A DNA stretch of 50,826 bases from an uncultured Candidatus Saccharibacteria bacterium (lineage in GTDB: Bacteria; Patescibacteriota; Minisyncoccia; UBA6257; GWB1-50-10). The number at the start of each line of letters is the position of its first letter. The first letter of the stretch is position 1. Both the position numbers and the translations under genes were made by a program. Below the pieces are notes generated by a model. That model searched no databases. It was not told the origin of the DNA and saw only the letters and a program-made list of their open reading frames with translations. Below, piece by piece: positions 35,129 to 43,317 of the stretch. The stretch covers positions 1 to 50,826 of the forward strand of contig CAZXDO010000006.1 of the NCBI GenBank assembly GCA_964639325.1, read 5' to 3'.

Positions 35129-35728
35129 ATGGAAACAGAAGTTAATCTTGAAGTAGCCGACAGAGAAGTTAGAAGGATTGTAGAAAACTTAAAAGAAAAA
35201 GGTTTTCCGGAGATTGTTCAGTATAAAGAGGCTTATGAGTATTTTACTGACGACCAAAATAAAGCCATTTCAGAACTGAAAAAGGCTGTAAAAAAAGAGG
35301 CAAAAGTCGGAGATCTTTCAAGCAAAACCGTGCCCGGTGATGCTTTTTGGGAAAGTCGTACTTTTGTTCGCAAAAAAATTCAGGAAGCAATAAAAGTAGG
35401 CCTTATTTATATTGAGGTTATAAAAGAACAGGCCGTAAGGTATGGAGCTATTCCTGACCCGGAAACAGATTGGAAGTATTATTTACTTCCTGATTTCAGT
35501 TATGCCTGTTGGCGTTGCGGTTCAGAAATTTTGGTTAAAGACCAAGCTATTTCAGTTCATGATGGACCTTTTCCACTTTCTGGAAGCGGTAAGGTTGAGC
35601 ATAGGGGAATTCCTTATTGCCCAAGGTGTGACAACGAGCCGCCTGAAAGAGGTGTCGTCAAAAGAGATCCGGTAGAAGAACTTGCCGAAGAAATGAAAAT
35701 TTTTTCTAGAGTAAAAGAAAAAAATTAA
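35129..35728 (+). CDS. hypothetical protein with C-terminal CxxC...CxxC zinc ribbon
   Basis: 199-aa ORF with CWRCGSE...CPRCDNE. Has its own promoter and terminator. No recognised family. Confidence 0.65.
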   Translation: METEVNLEVADREVRRIVENLKEKGFPEIVQYKEAYEYFTDDQNKAISELKKAVKKEAKVGDLSSKTVPGDAFWESRTFVRKKIQEAIKVGLIYIEVIKEQAVRYGAIPDPETDWKYYLLPDFSYACWRCGSEILVKDQAISVHDGPFPLSGSGKVEHRGIPYCPRCDNEPPERGVVKRDPVEELAEEMKIFSRVKEKN

Positions 35729-35740
35729 TCTCATTTTTTA

Positions 35741-35766
35741 AAACAGCTCATTATTGGGCTGTTTTT
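35741..35766 (+). terminator. AACAGCTCA-family intrinsic terminator, copy c
   Basis: AAACAGCTC 35741-35749, 6-nt loop, GGGCTGTTT 35756-35764 (one G-U pair), then TT in a T5 run. Confidence 0.6.
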
Positions 35767-35868
35767 AATTTAATTTTCTTTACGTTACAATAAAATTATT
35801 GCTAAAGTGCGGTATTTTTTTGATTTAGGCGTTATAATGTTTATTAACCAAAAAAGCTTCTAAAAAAA

Positions 35869-36504
35869 ATGACCCCAAAAGAGGAGTTAGAAAAATTAAA
35901 AGAGAAAATGATTAAAGATGATTCTTTACCAATCCAAGAATCAACTCTTGTTTTTGGTGATGGCAAAGCTGATACCGATATTTTATTTGTAGGAGAAGCT
36001 CCCGGTTTTTACGAAGACAAGGTGGGTTTACCTTTTGTAGGAAGAGCCGGTCAGCTTTTAGATAAGTTAATTAACGACATTGATTGGAAGAGAGAAGATG
36101 TTTATATTACTAATGTTGTAAAACGCCGACCACCTAATAATCGTGACCCTTTGCCCGAAGAAATAGAAAAATATAAACCTTACCTTAAATATCAAATTCA
36201 AATCATTGATCCTAAAATCATTGTTCCTCTTGGACGTTTTGCTATGAATTATTTTCTTCCTGATGCTAAAATATCTAGAGATCAAGGCAAAGCTTTTTGG
36301 CTCGGCAATAGGCTTATTTTCCCCATATATCACCCGGCTGCTGCTTTAAGAAATCCCTCTGTTTTAGAAAAAACTAGAGAAAGTTTTATAAAGTTGAAAA
36401 AAATTTTTGAAGATTATGATAGTTTTGTAGAAGAGAGAGAAAAAAAACGTAGAGAAATTGAGGAAGATAAAAAAATAAAAGAAAAAGAACAAACCCTCCT
36501 TTAA
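35869..36504 (+). CDS. uracil-DNA glycosylase, family 4
   Basis: ILFVGEAPGFYEDKVGLPFVGRAGQLLDKL, YITNVVKRRPP and YHPAAALRN motifs. K/E-rich C-terminal tail. Confidence 0.88.
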   Translation: MTPKEELEKLKEKMIKDDSLPIQESTLVFGDGKADTDILFVGEAPGFYEDKVGLPFVGRAGQLLDKLINDIDWKREDVYITNVVKRRPPNNRDPLPEEIEKYKPYLKYQIQIIDPKIIVPLGRFAMNYFLPDAKISRDQGKAFWLGNRLIFPIYHPAAALRNPSVLEKTRESFIKLKKIFEDYDSFVEEREKKRREIEEDKKIKEKEQTLL

Positions 36505-36519
36505 AAATATATAAATTTT

Positions 36520-38280
36520 ATGATCAAATATAAAAAAGCTTTAAAAAAAGCTAAAAAAAGAAAAAAAAGCAAGAAATTTCCCAATCTGTCCGAATATATT
36601 TTTTATAAGATTTACCAGGAAATAAAAGAAATCTTAAAAAATATTTCTTTTAATGATATCCAAACACCACCAGAACATATTAAAGCTGATTTAACTTTGA
36701 CAAGTAATCCTGAGGAAGTAAAAAAAGCGGTTGAAAAAATAAATTCTGGCGACTTTAATTATCTTGAAAAAGCCGAAGGAGAAGGTCCTTTTCTTAATAT
36801 TTTCATAAAAAAGGATGTTGTTTTTCACAATACCTTAAAAAACGTAAATGAATTAAATAATAATTTTGGTTTTTCGAATATTAATTTAGATAAATTTGCC
36901 ATAATAGAATATTCTTCACCAAATGTAGCCCGTCCTATTGGTGTAGGCCATCTTCGTTCTACTATTATCGGTCAGGTGCTTTCTAATATATATGAGGCTA
37001 CCGGTTACATAGTTTTGCGTGATAATTATCTTGGAGATTGGGGAACCCAATTTGGAAAACTAATCTATGCTTATGAAACTTGGGGAAATAATAAAAAGAA
37101 ATTATCAGCAAGTAAAAGCGATTTTATAAGAGAGCTTAAAAAACTTTATATTCGTTTTCAGAAAGAATCTGAAAATAATGAAGAGATAGTAGAAGAGGCG
37201 CGATCCATCCTTAAAAAATTAGAAGAAGGGGATGGGAAAAAAATAAAACTTTGGAAAAAATTTCGAAAGTTAAGTATTGAAGATTTTGAAAAAGCATATC
37301 AAAAACTTGGAGTATATTTTGATAATTACGGCGGGGAAAGTTTTTTTATAGAACCGGCAAAAAATATTCCCGATGAATGTTTAGAAAAAGGATTTTGTAA
37401 AAAGGGAAAAGAGGATGAAGTTATTGTTGAAATTGAAAATTTTCCTACTTTTCTTTTGAGAAAAAGCGACGGTTCTACAATATATCACTCAAGAGATCTG
37501 GCTCAATTAAAATTTAGAATAAATAAATTAAATCCTGATGATATTTTGTATGTAGTCGGAAGTGAACAAAGCCTTTATTTTAAACAACTTTTTGGCTTGG
37601 CTAAAAAATTGGATTTTGTTAATGACACAAAACTTGAACATATTGGTTTTGGTCTTGTTCTGGGAGAAAACGGAAAACGAATGTCTACCCGCCATGGTAC
37701 CGCCGTAGAACTTGAAAGTCTTGTTAATAAATCAATCGAAAGATCCAGAAAAGTTATTGAAGAAAAAAACCCAAATCTTTCCAATAAAGAAAAAGAAGAA
37801 ATTTCCTTTAAAATTGGAGTGGGGGCTATTATCTACAATGATATTTCCCAATCCCGGGAAAAGAACATTTCTTTTGATTGGGACAGGATGCTTAATTTTG
37901 AAGCCGGTTCTGCTGTTTATCTTCAATATACTTGTGCTAGGATTAATTCAATAATAGATAAATATAAAAATTCTTTTGGTTCTTTTTCTAACCCGAAAAA
38001 ATTTATTTTTGAAGAAGGTCTTGAGTTTGAAATAGTTAAGAAAATAATGTTGTTCCCTAAAATAATTAACACTGCCAAGGAAAATAACTCACCTCACACC
38101 ATAGCTGTTTATTTGGAAGAATTAGCCAGTCTTTTTAATACTTTTTATAATAAAATTTCTATTGTAAAAACTGAAAAAAAAGATCTTAGGATTTCTAGAT
38201 TAATGTTGGCAAAAGGAGTAGGCTTGGTTATTAAAAAAGGTCTCGACGTTTTAAATGTGCCGGTGCCGAAAAAAATGTAA
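36520..38280 (+). CDS. argS: arginine--tRNA ligase
   Basis: SSPNVARPIGVGHLRSTIIG (HIGH-type), MSTRHG (KMSKS-type), DALR anticodon-binding C-terminus. Lys-rich 20-aa N-terminal extension. Confidence 0.92.
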   Translation: MIKYKKALKKAKKRKKSKKFPNLSEYIFYKIYQEIKEILKNISFNDIQTPPEHIKADLTLTSNPEEVKKAVEKINSGDFNYLEKAEGEGPFLNIFIKKDVVFHNTLKNVNELNNNFGFSNINLDKFAIIEYSSPNVARPIGVGHLRSTIIGQVLSNIYEATGYIVLRDNYLGDWGTQFGKLIYAYETWGNNKKKLSASKSDFIRELKKLYIRFQKESENNEEIVEEARSILKKLEEGDGKKIKLWKKFRKLSIEDFEKAYQKLGVYFDNYGGESFFIEPAKNIPDECLEKGFCKKGKEDEVIVEIENFPTFLLRKSDGSTIYHSRDLAQLKFRINKLNPDDILYVVGSEQSLYFKQLFGLAKKLDFVNDTKLEHIGFGLVLGENGKRMSTRHGTAVELESLVNKSIERSRKVIEEKNPNLSNKEKEEISFKIGVGAIIYNDISQSREKNISFDWDRMLNFEAGSAVYLQYTCARINSIIDKYKNSFGSFSNPKKFIFEEGLEFEIVKKIMLFPKIINTAKENNSPHTIAVYLEELASLFNTFYNKISIVKTEKKDLRISRLMLAKGVGLVIKKGLDVLNVPVPKKM

Positions 38281-38291
38281 TAATAAAATAT

Positions 38292-39548
38292 ATGAACAAA
38301 AAAATTATATTAGGATTTATCATATTTATTCTCCTTTCAGGAGTTGTTCTTGCGGCTAGATTGTTTGTATTTCCTTACAATCCGAACCAACCGCCCCAAG
38401 CGGATGATTCCGGTTCAACAGAAGAGGGGATAAAAAGTGTTATTGAGGCAAATAATAATTTTGCTTTTGATGCGTATAAAAAAATAATTGAATCTGAAGA
38501 GGGTAATATTTTTTACTCTCCTTACAGCATATCTTCCGCTTTGGCAATGACTTATGAAGGAGCAGAAGGAGAGACGGCTGAAGAAATTAAATCAGTTTTC
38601 CATTTTCCCAACAAAAACAGTTTAAGGCCTAATTTTGCCGCCGTTTATAACAACATCAACGCCAAAGACAAAAATTATGAATTAAGCACGGGAAACGCTC
38701 TGTGGATTCAGCATGACTTTTCTTTGTTAAATAAGTACAGCAACAATATTGAAAACTATTATGGAGGTAAAGCAGCTCTTTTGGATTTTGTAAACGAACT
38801 TGAGCAATCAAGGCAAACTATAAATAGTTTTATAGAAGAACAAACCAGGGATAAAATTAAAGATTTAATTCCAGAAGGGTTACTAAATCAAGACACAAGG
38901 CTTGTTTTAACTAACGCAATTTATTTTAAAGGATTATGGAAAGTGGAATTTGATAAATCTGATACCCGCGAAGAAAACTTTAATATTAGTCCGTCTGAAA
39001 CAATAAAAGTGCCTATGATGAAAATGAAACCTGAAGAAGAAAAGTTTAATTATGCCAGAACAGAAGAATTGGAAATATTAGAGTTATCTTATAAAGATGA
39101 AAAAATTTCAATGTTAATATTATTACCAAATGAAAGTCTTGAAGATGTGGAATCTGATTTAACATTAGAAAAAATAAATGAATATAAATCTCAGATGAGA
39201 GAAACGGAATTAAGCTCAATATCAATTCCTAAATTTGAGTTTGATACAAAATATTTTATGAATGAAACCCTAGCTTCGTTAGGAATGCCTACGGCTTTTT
39301 CAAGCAACGCCGATTTTTCCGGAATAACCGGAAGAAAAGATTTGTTTATAAGCTCTGTTATTCATCAAGCTTATATTGGAGTTGATGAAAAAGGAACGGA
39401 AGCGGCTGCGGCAACTGCCGTAGTTATGGAGCTTGCTATGGCTCCAACAAACAATTTTAAAGCTGATCATCCTTTTGTCTTCATAATTCAAGATAAGGAA
39501 ACCGGCAATATTTTGTTTATGGGTAGAGTGGTAAACCCGTCAAATTAA
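38292..39548 (+). CDS. serpin-family serine protease inhibitor, membrane-anchored or secreted
   Basis: N-terminal hydrophobic helix. FYSPYSISSALAMTYEGAEGETAEEI, LTNAIYFKGLWK, hinge/RCL GTEAAAATAVVMELAMAP, FKADHPFVFIIQD. Confidence 0.9.
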   Translation: MNKKIILGFIIFILLSGVVLAARLFVFPYNPNQPPQADDSGSTEEGIKSVIEANNNFAFDAYKKIIESEEGNIFYSPYSISSALAMTYEGAEGETAEEIKSVFHFPNKNSLRPNFAAVYNNINAKDKNYELSTGNALWIQHDFSLLNKYSNNIENYYGGKAALLDFVNELEQSRQTINSFIEEQTRDKIKDLIPEGLLNQDTRLVLTNAIYFKGLWKVEFDKSDTREENFNISPSETIKVPMMKMKPEEEKFNYARTEELEILELSYKDEKISMLILLPNESLEDVESDLTLEKINEYKSQMRETELSSISIPKFEFDTKYFMNETLASLGMPTAFSSNADFSGITGRKDLFISSVIHQAYIGVDEKGTEAAAATAVVMELAMAPTNNFKADHPFVFIIQDKETGNILFMGRVVNPSN

Positions 39549-39567
39549 ACCAAATAATTTATTTTTT

Positions 39568-39605
39568 AAAGAAAAAGGTTTTTCAAAAGCCTTTTTCTTT
39601 TTTTA
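39568..39605 (+). terminator. intrinsic terminator after the serpin gene
   Basis: AAAGAAAAAGG 39568-39578 pairs with CCTTTTTCTTT 39590-39600, then TTTT. Confidence 0.65.
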
Positions 39606-39721
39606 GTGGGGAATAGCTAATTTTTAAAATTTCCTAAAATCTGGGGATAACTTTTTTCTTATATTTTAATTCCCCCCTTATTAAAGGGTTTTTTAATTTA
39701 TAAGTTTATCTTTTTTACGCT

Positions 39722-39749
39722 TTGACAGCTAATGTCATGGTGGTACAAT
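39722..39749 (+). promoter_or_regulatory. candidate mra (dcw) promoter
   Basis: TTGACA 39722-39727, 16-nt spacer, TACAAT 39744-39749. Confidence 0.5.
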
Positions 39750-39761
39750 AAATAACAGAAA

Positions 39762-39809
39762 TGGGGAGATGTGGATAATTATGTGGATATCTTTCAAATC
39801 TGTGGATAA
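39762..39809 (+). promoter_or_regulatory. array of same-orientation TGTGGATA boxes (DnaA-box-like, possible MraZ operator)
   Basis: TGGGGAGAT 39762-39770, TGTGGATAA 39770-39778, TGTGGATAT 39783-39791, TGTGGATAA 39801-39809. A further TGGGGATAA lies at 39642-39650. Confidence 0.6.
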
Positions 39810-39925
39810 CCCATTTCTAATAAAACTACCGTCTCTGTTTTTTTAAAAAAAGTCCGACCCATGCTTTTCCCTGGTTCTTAACAAAGAATCAAAAACAGAG
39901 ACGGTGGTTTCCCTAAAATAAATTT

Positions 39926-40357
39926 ATGCTTCTTGGTGAATTTCAACATAATCTTGATCAAAAAGGACGGGTAGCTGTTCCTGTTAAATTTCGCAGTAAC
40001 TTTGCTGATGGTGCAGTTATTACCCGAGGTCTTGATAAATGTTTGTTTATTTTTAGTACCAAGGAATGGAGAATTCTTGCTGAAAAATTAACCTCTCTTC
40101 CTTTATCACAATCTAATTCAAGAGCTTTTGCTAGATTAATGTTGGCCGGTGCAGTAGACGTAAATGTGGATTCTCAAGGAAGGGTTCTTATACCTGACTA
40201 TCTTCGTAAATACGCCGGTCTTGAAAGAGAATTAGTGGTTGCCGGCTTATATAATCGAGTGGAAATTTGGAATAAAGACAAATGGGAAGAATACAAGAAG
40301 GAAACTGAAGAATCTTCTGAGGATATTGCTGAAAAACTTTCAGAGCTTGGAATATAG
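39926..40357 (+). CDS. mraZ: transcriptional regulator MraZ
   Basis: MLLGEFQHNLDQKGRVAVPVKFR plus a second SpoVT/AbrB-like repeat VDSQGRVLIPDYLR. Confidence 0.93.
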   Translation: MLLGEFQHNLDQKGRVAVPVKFRSNFADGAVITRGLDKCLFIFSTKEWRILAEKLTSLPLSQSNSRAFARLMLAGAVDVNVDSQGRVLIPDYLRKYAGLERELVVAGLYNRVEIWNKDKWEEYKKETEESSEDIAEKLSELGI

Positions 40358-40362
40358 TTGAT

Positions 40363-41286
40363 ATGGATAAAGAAAACAGTGGCCACGTACCAGTTCTTTT
40401 AAAAGAAGTATTTGAGATTCTTAAACCTGTACCGGGAGAATTCTTTATTGACGGAACCTTAGGATTAGCCGGACACGCTAAAGTTGCCCTAAAAAAGATT
40501 AACCCTGAAGGAATTTTCTTAGGGATAGATAGAGATATTTCATCTATAGAGAAAGCTAAAAATATAATTTCAGAACACAAAAAAGAAGAGGGGATAAAAG
40601 ATGTAAAAGTAATTATAGTTTCTAATAATTTTACAGAAATACCAGATATTATTATTAGAAATAATATCAACAGAAAAGCTGATTGTCTTCTTCTAGATCT
40701 TGGTTTTTCCTCAATTCAAGTATTTTCGGGAAAAGGTTTTAGTTATGACAAGGACGAACCTCTCATTATGAGATATGACGGAGATGCAAGTAAATTAACC
40801 GCTGCCAGAGTGGTAAATGAGTACGATTACAAAAAGCTATCCAATCTTTTAAAGGAGTATGGCGAAGAAAGATTTTCTGAAAGAATAGCTGATGGAATTG
40901 TTAAAAAAAGAAAAAACAAGCCCATTAGGACAACGAAAGAGCTTTCTGAAATAATAAAAAATTCATTACCGAGTAGTTACCTTTTTAAAGCTAGGCCGGA
41001 AGCTAGAACATTTTTTGCACTTCGGAACTACATTAATGAAGAAACTGAAAGTTTGAAAAAAATATTGAATCTCATACCTGATATTATGGCGGATAAAGGT
41101 CGGGCGGCAATTATAACTTTTAATTCCCTTGAAGATAAGATCGTTAAAGAAATCTTTAAAGAACTCTCAAAAAAAACTGCCCGGCTTTTAACCAAAAAAC
41201 CAATTTCTCCTACTAAAGAGGAGATAGTGAAAAATAATAAATCAAGGTCGGCAAAATTAAGAGCAATTCAAATTATTAATAAATAA
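40363..41286 (+). CDS. rsmH: 16S rRNA (cytosine1402-N4)-methyltransferase RsmH
   Basis: HVPVLLKEV...DGTLGLAGH...DLGFSS...FNSLEDKIVK...NNKSRSAKLR. Confidence 0.93.
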   Translation: MDKENSGHVPVLLKEVFEILKPVPGEFFIDGTLGLAGHAKVALKKINPEGIFLGIDRDISSIEKAKNIISEHKKEEGIKDVKVIIVSNNFTEIPDIIIRNNINRKADCLLLDLGFSSIQVFSGKGFSYDKDEPLIMRYDGDASKLTAARVVNEYDYKKLSNLLKEYGEERFSERIADGIVKKRKNKPIRTTKELSEIIKNSLPSSYLFKARPEARTFFALRNYINEETESLKKILNLIPDIMADKGRAAIITFNSLEDKIVKEIFKELSKKTARLLTKKPISPTKEEIVKNNKSRSAKLRAIQIINK

Positions 41287-41288
41287 CC

Positions 41289-41594
41289 ATGACTATTATA
41301 AAACCAAAAGAGAAAAATAATATATCTTTTATAGTTTTAATGTTTGCAGTCGCTATTATTGGAGGAATGTTTTATATTTCTCAATACAATGGTGTTGCTG
41401 ATAATAGGTATAAGATAAAAGAGCTAAAATTAGAAATTGCTGAAGCAGAAGAACAAAACGTTGAGCTTAAAAATAATTTTTATAAAATTGTTGATCCCAC
41501 CGAATTAGAAAAAATGGCCGGCGATCACGGGTTAGTTTTGGATAAAAATCCTGACTACTTAGATCCCGAAAGTATTGTTTTACATTCCGACTAA
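41289..41594 (+). CDS. ftsL: FtsL-like small bitopic division protein
   Basis: 101 aa, one TM helix then a coiled-coil (YKIKELKLEIAEAEEQNVELKNN). Canonical position between rsmH and ftsI. Confidence 0.6.
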   Translation: MTIIKPKEKNNISFIVLMFAVAIIGGMFYISQYNGVADNRYKIKELKLEIAEAEEQNVELKNNFYKIVDPTELEKMAGDHGLVLDKNPDYLDPESIVLHSD

Positions 41595-41695
41595 GTCGTG
41601 AAATACTAAAACAATGGAATATCGGAAAAATAATAAATTATATAAAAAAATAAATGATAATAGCGGTTGCCTAAAGACAACCTAACACTATCGGG

Positions 41696-43291
41696 ATGAA
41701 CGCCAGATTAATTTTTTTAAACTTAATATTCTTAACCCTCTTTGCTCTTATTGGTTTTAACCTGTATGAATTACAGGTAAAAAACAATGATTATTATTTC
41801 AAAAGAGTTCAGGCTCGTAATGAGTATGAAGAGAAACTCTACTTTCAAAGAGGAAAAATTTTTTTAACCGACCGGCATAATAATGACATTCCTGCAGCTA
41901 TTAATAAAAAGTATCCTATAATTTACGCTGTCCCTAAAGAGATTGAGAATATAGAAAAAACTGCTACAAACTTATCAAGTATAATTGATATCCCAAAAGA
42001 AGAAATTGTTAAAAAGCTAGATAATCCGGATAGCCTGTTTTCTCTCTTAGTTGAAAAAGCTGCCGATAACCAAATCAGGGACATAAACAATCTTAAGCCT
42101 GAAGGGATATATATTAACAACAAACAGTATCGTTACTATCCTTTTAATAAACTTACATCCCATGTTCTTGGTTTTGTCGGGGTTAATGATAAAAATGCAG
42201 AACCTACGGGGTTGTATGGAGCTGAGAGAATGTATAATAGCACCTTAAAGGACGAGAGCGATATTTTTTTAACAATTGACCGTACTTTACAGGTAGAGTC
42301 AGAAAATATTCTTCATGAATTAATTGAAAATTATGAAGCGATCGGAGGTTCGGTTATTATTCAAGATCCTAAAACCGGGAAGATTCTTGCCATGGCTAAT
42401 GAACCTAACTTTGATCCGAACGAGTATAATAAATATCCTGTTGGCAGTTTTATTAACCCTGCTGTTCAGTATGTTTACGAGTCTGGATCAGTATTTAAAC
42501 CGCTAACTATGGCTATTGGAATTAATACGGGTAAAATTACTCCCGAAAGCACCTATTACGACTCGGGGTCAATAACTCTTAACGGAAAAAAAATTACAAA
42601 CTGGGATCACAAGGCTTACGGTAAAATTTCTATGACAACAGTAATTGAACGTTCTATAAACACGGGAGCTGTTTATGCAGAGCAGCAGATTGGCCACAAA
42701 GATTTTATTTCTTATATTAAAAAATTTGGCTTTGGGGAAAAAACCGGGATTGATCTTCCCGATGAAGTTGAGGGAAGTTTAGCTAATTTAACAAAAAACG
42801 ACACGCGAGAAATTGATTTTGCTACTGCTTCTTTCGGACAGGGCACAGCCGTTACTTCGATTCAACTTATTAATGCTTATTCAGCTATTGCCAACGGTGG
42901 TCTTCTTATGAAACCTTACATCAATAAAGCAAGTAAGCCGTACATTAAAAGAAGAGTGATTAAAGAAGAATCATCACGGCAAGTTTCTGAAATGATGGAA
43001 TCGGCCGTAAAAAAAGCTCATGTAGCTTCTATTCCGGGATTTAGAATTGCTGGTAAAACCGGCACAGCCCAAATTCCTGATTTTGAAAAAGGTGGTTATT
43101 CAGAGGAATATGTTCATACCTTTGTTGGATTTGGCCCGGTTTCTGATCCTGAATTTGTTATTCTTATAAAAATTGATAAACCCAATGTGGTTTTAGCCGG
43201 CTATACTGTTGTACCCGCTTTTAAAGAATTAGCTCAATTTGTTCTAAATTATTATCAAATTCCTCCGGATAACTTAGAAGAAATAGAATAA
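41696..43291 (+). CDS. ftsI: penicillin-binding protein, FtsI-like division transpeptidase
   Basis: TM anchor, PBP dimerisation region, and motifs SVFKP, SIN and KTGT. Confidence 0.85.
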   Translation: MNARLIFLNLIFLTLFALIGFNLYELQVKNNDYYFKRVQARNEYEEKLYFQRGKIFLTDRHNNDIPAAINKKYPIIYAVPKEIENIEKTATNLSSIIDIPKEEIVKKLDNPDSLFSLLVEKAADNQIRDINNLKPEGIYINNKQYRYYPFNKLTSHVLGFVGVNDKNAEPTGLYGAERMYNSTLKDESDIFLTIDRTLQVESENILHELIENYEAIGGSVIIQDPKTGKILAMANEPNFDPNEYNKYPVGSFINPAVQYVYESGSVFKPLTMAIGINTGKITPESTYYDSGSITLNGKKITNWDHKAYGKISMTTVIERSINTGAVYAEQQIGHKDFISYIKKFGFGEKTGIDLPDEVEGSLANLTKNDTREIDFATASFGQGTAVTSIQLINAYSAIANGGLLMKPYINKASKPYIKRRVIKEESSRQVSEMMESAVKKAHVASIPGFRIAGKTGTAQIPDFEKGGYSEEYVHTFVGFGPVSDPEFVILIKIDKPNVVLAGYTVVPAFKELAQFVLNYYQIPPDNLEEIE

Positions 43292-43317
43292 TTCTTAAAA
43301 AATAAAACAACAAGAGA

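Noticed and set aside
39640-39810. Chromosomal replication origin (oriC), suggested by clustered exact DnaA boxes in a 377-bp AT-rich intergenic region.
   Set aside because: There is no dnaA, dnaN or gidA nearby. Gene orientation is + on both sides, so there is no strand switch. The same 9-mer is scattered next to hairpin repeats across the window. The boxes lie inside the leader of mraZ, where an MraZ or DnaA operator is a simpler reading. I cannot compute GC skew over a whole genome here.
40188-40670. 160-aa minus-strand ORF overlapping mraZ and rsmH.
   Set aside because: It is antisense to two well-supported conserved genes, with an unremarkable hydrophobic or low-complexity translation. 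Other antisense ORFs in the track were rejected on the same grounds, for example 30195-30677, 44233-44580, 13518-13853, 16130-16441 and 46948-47265.
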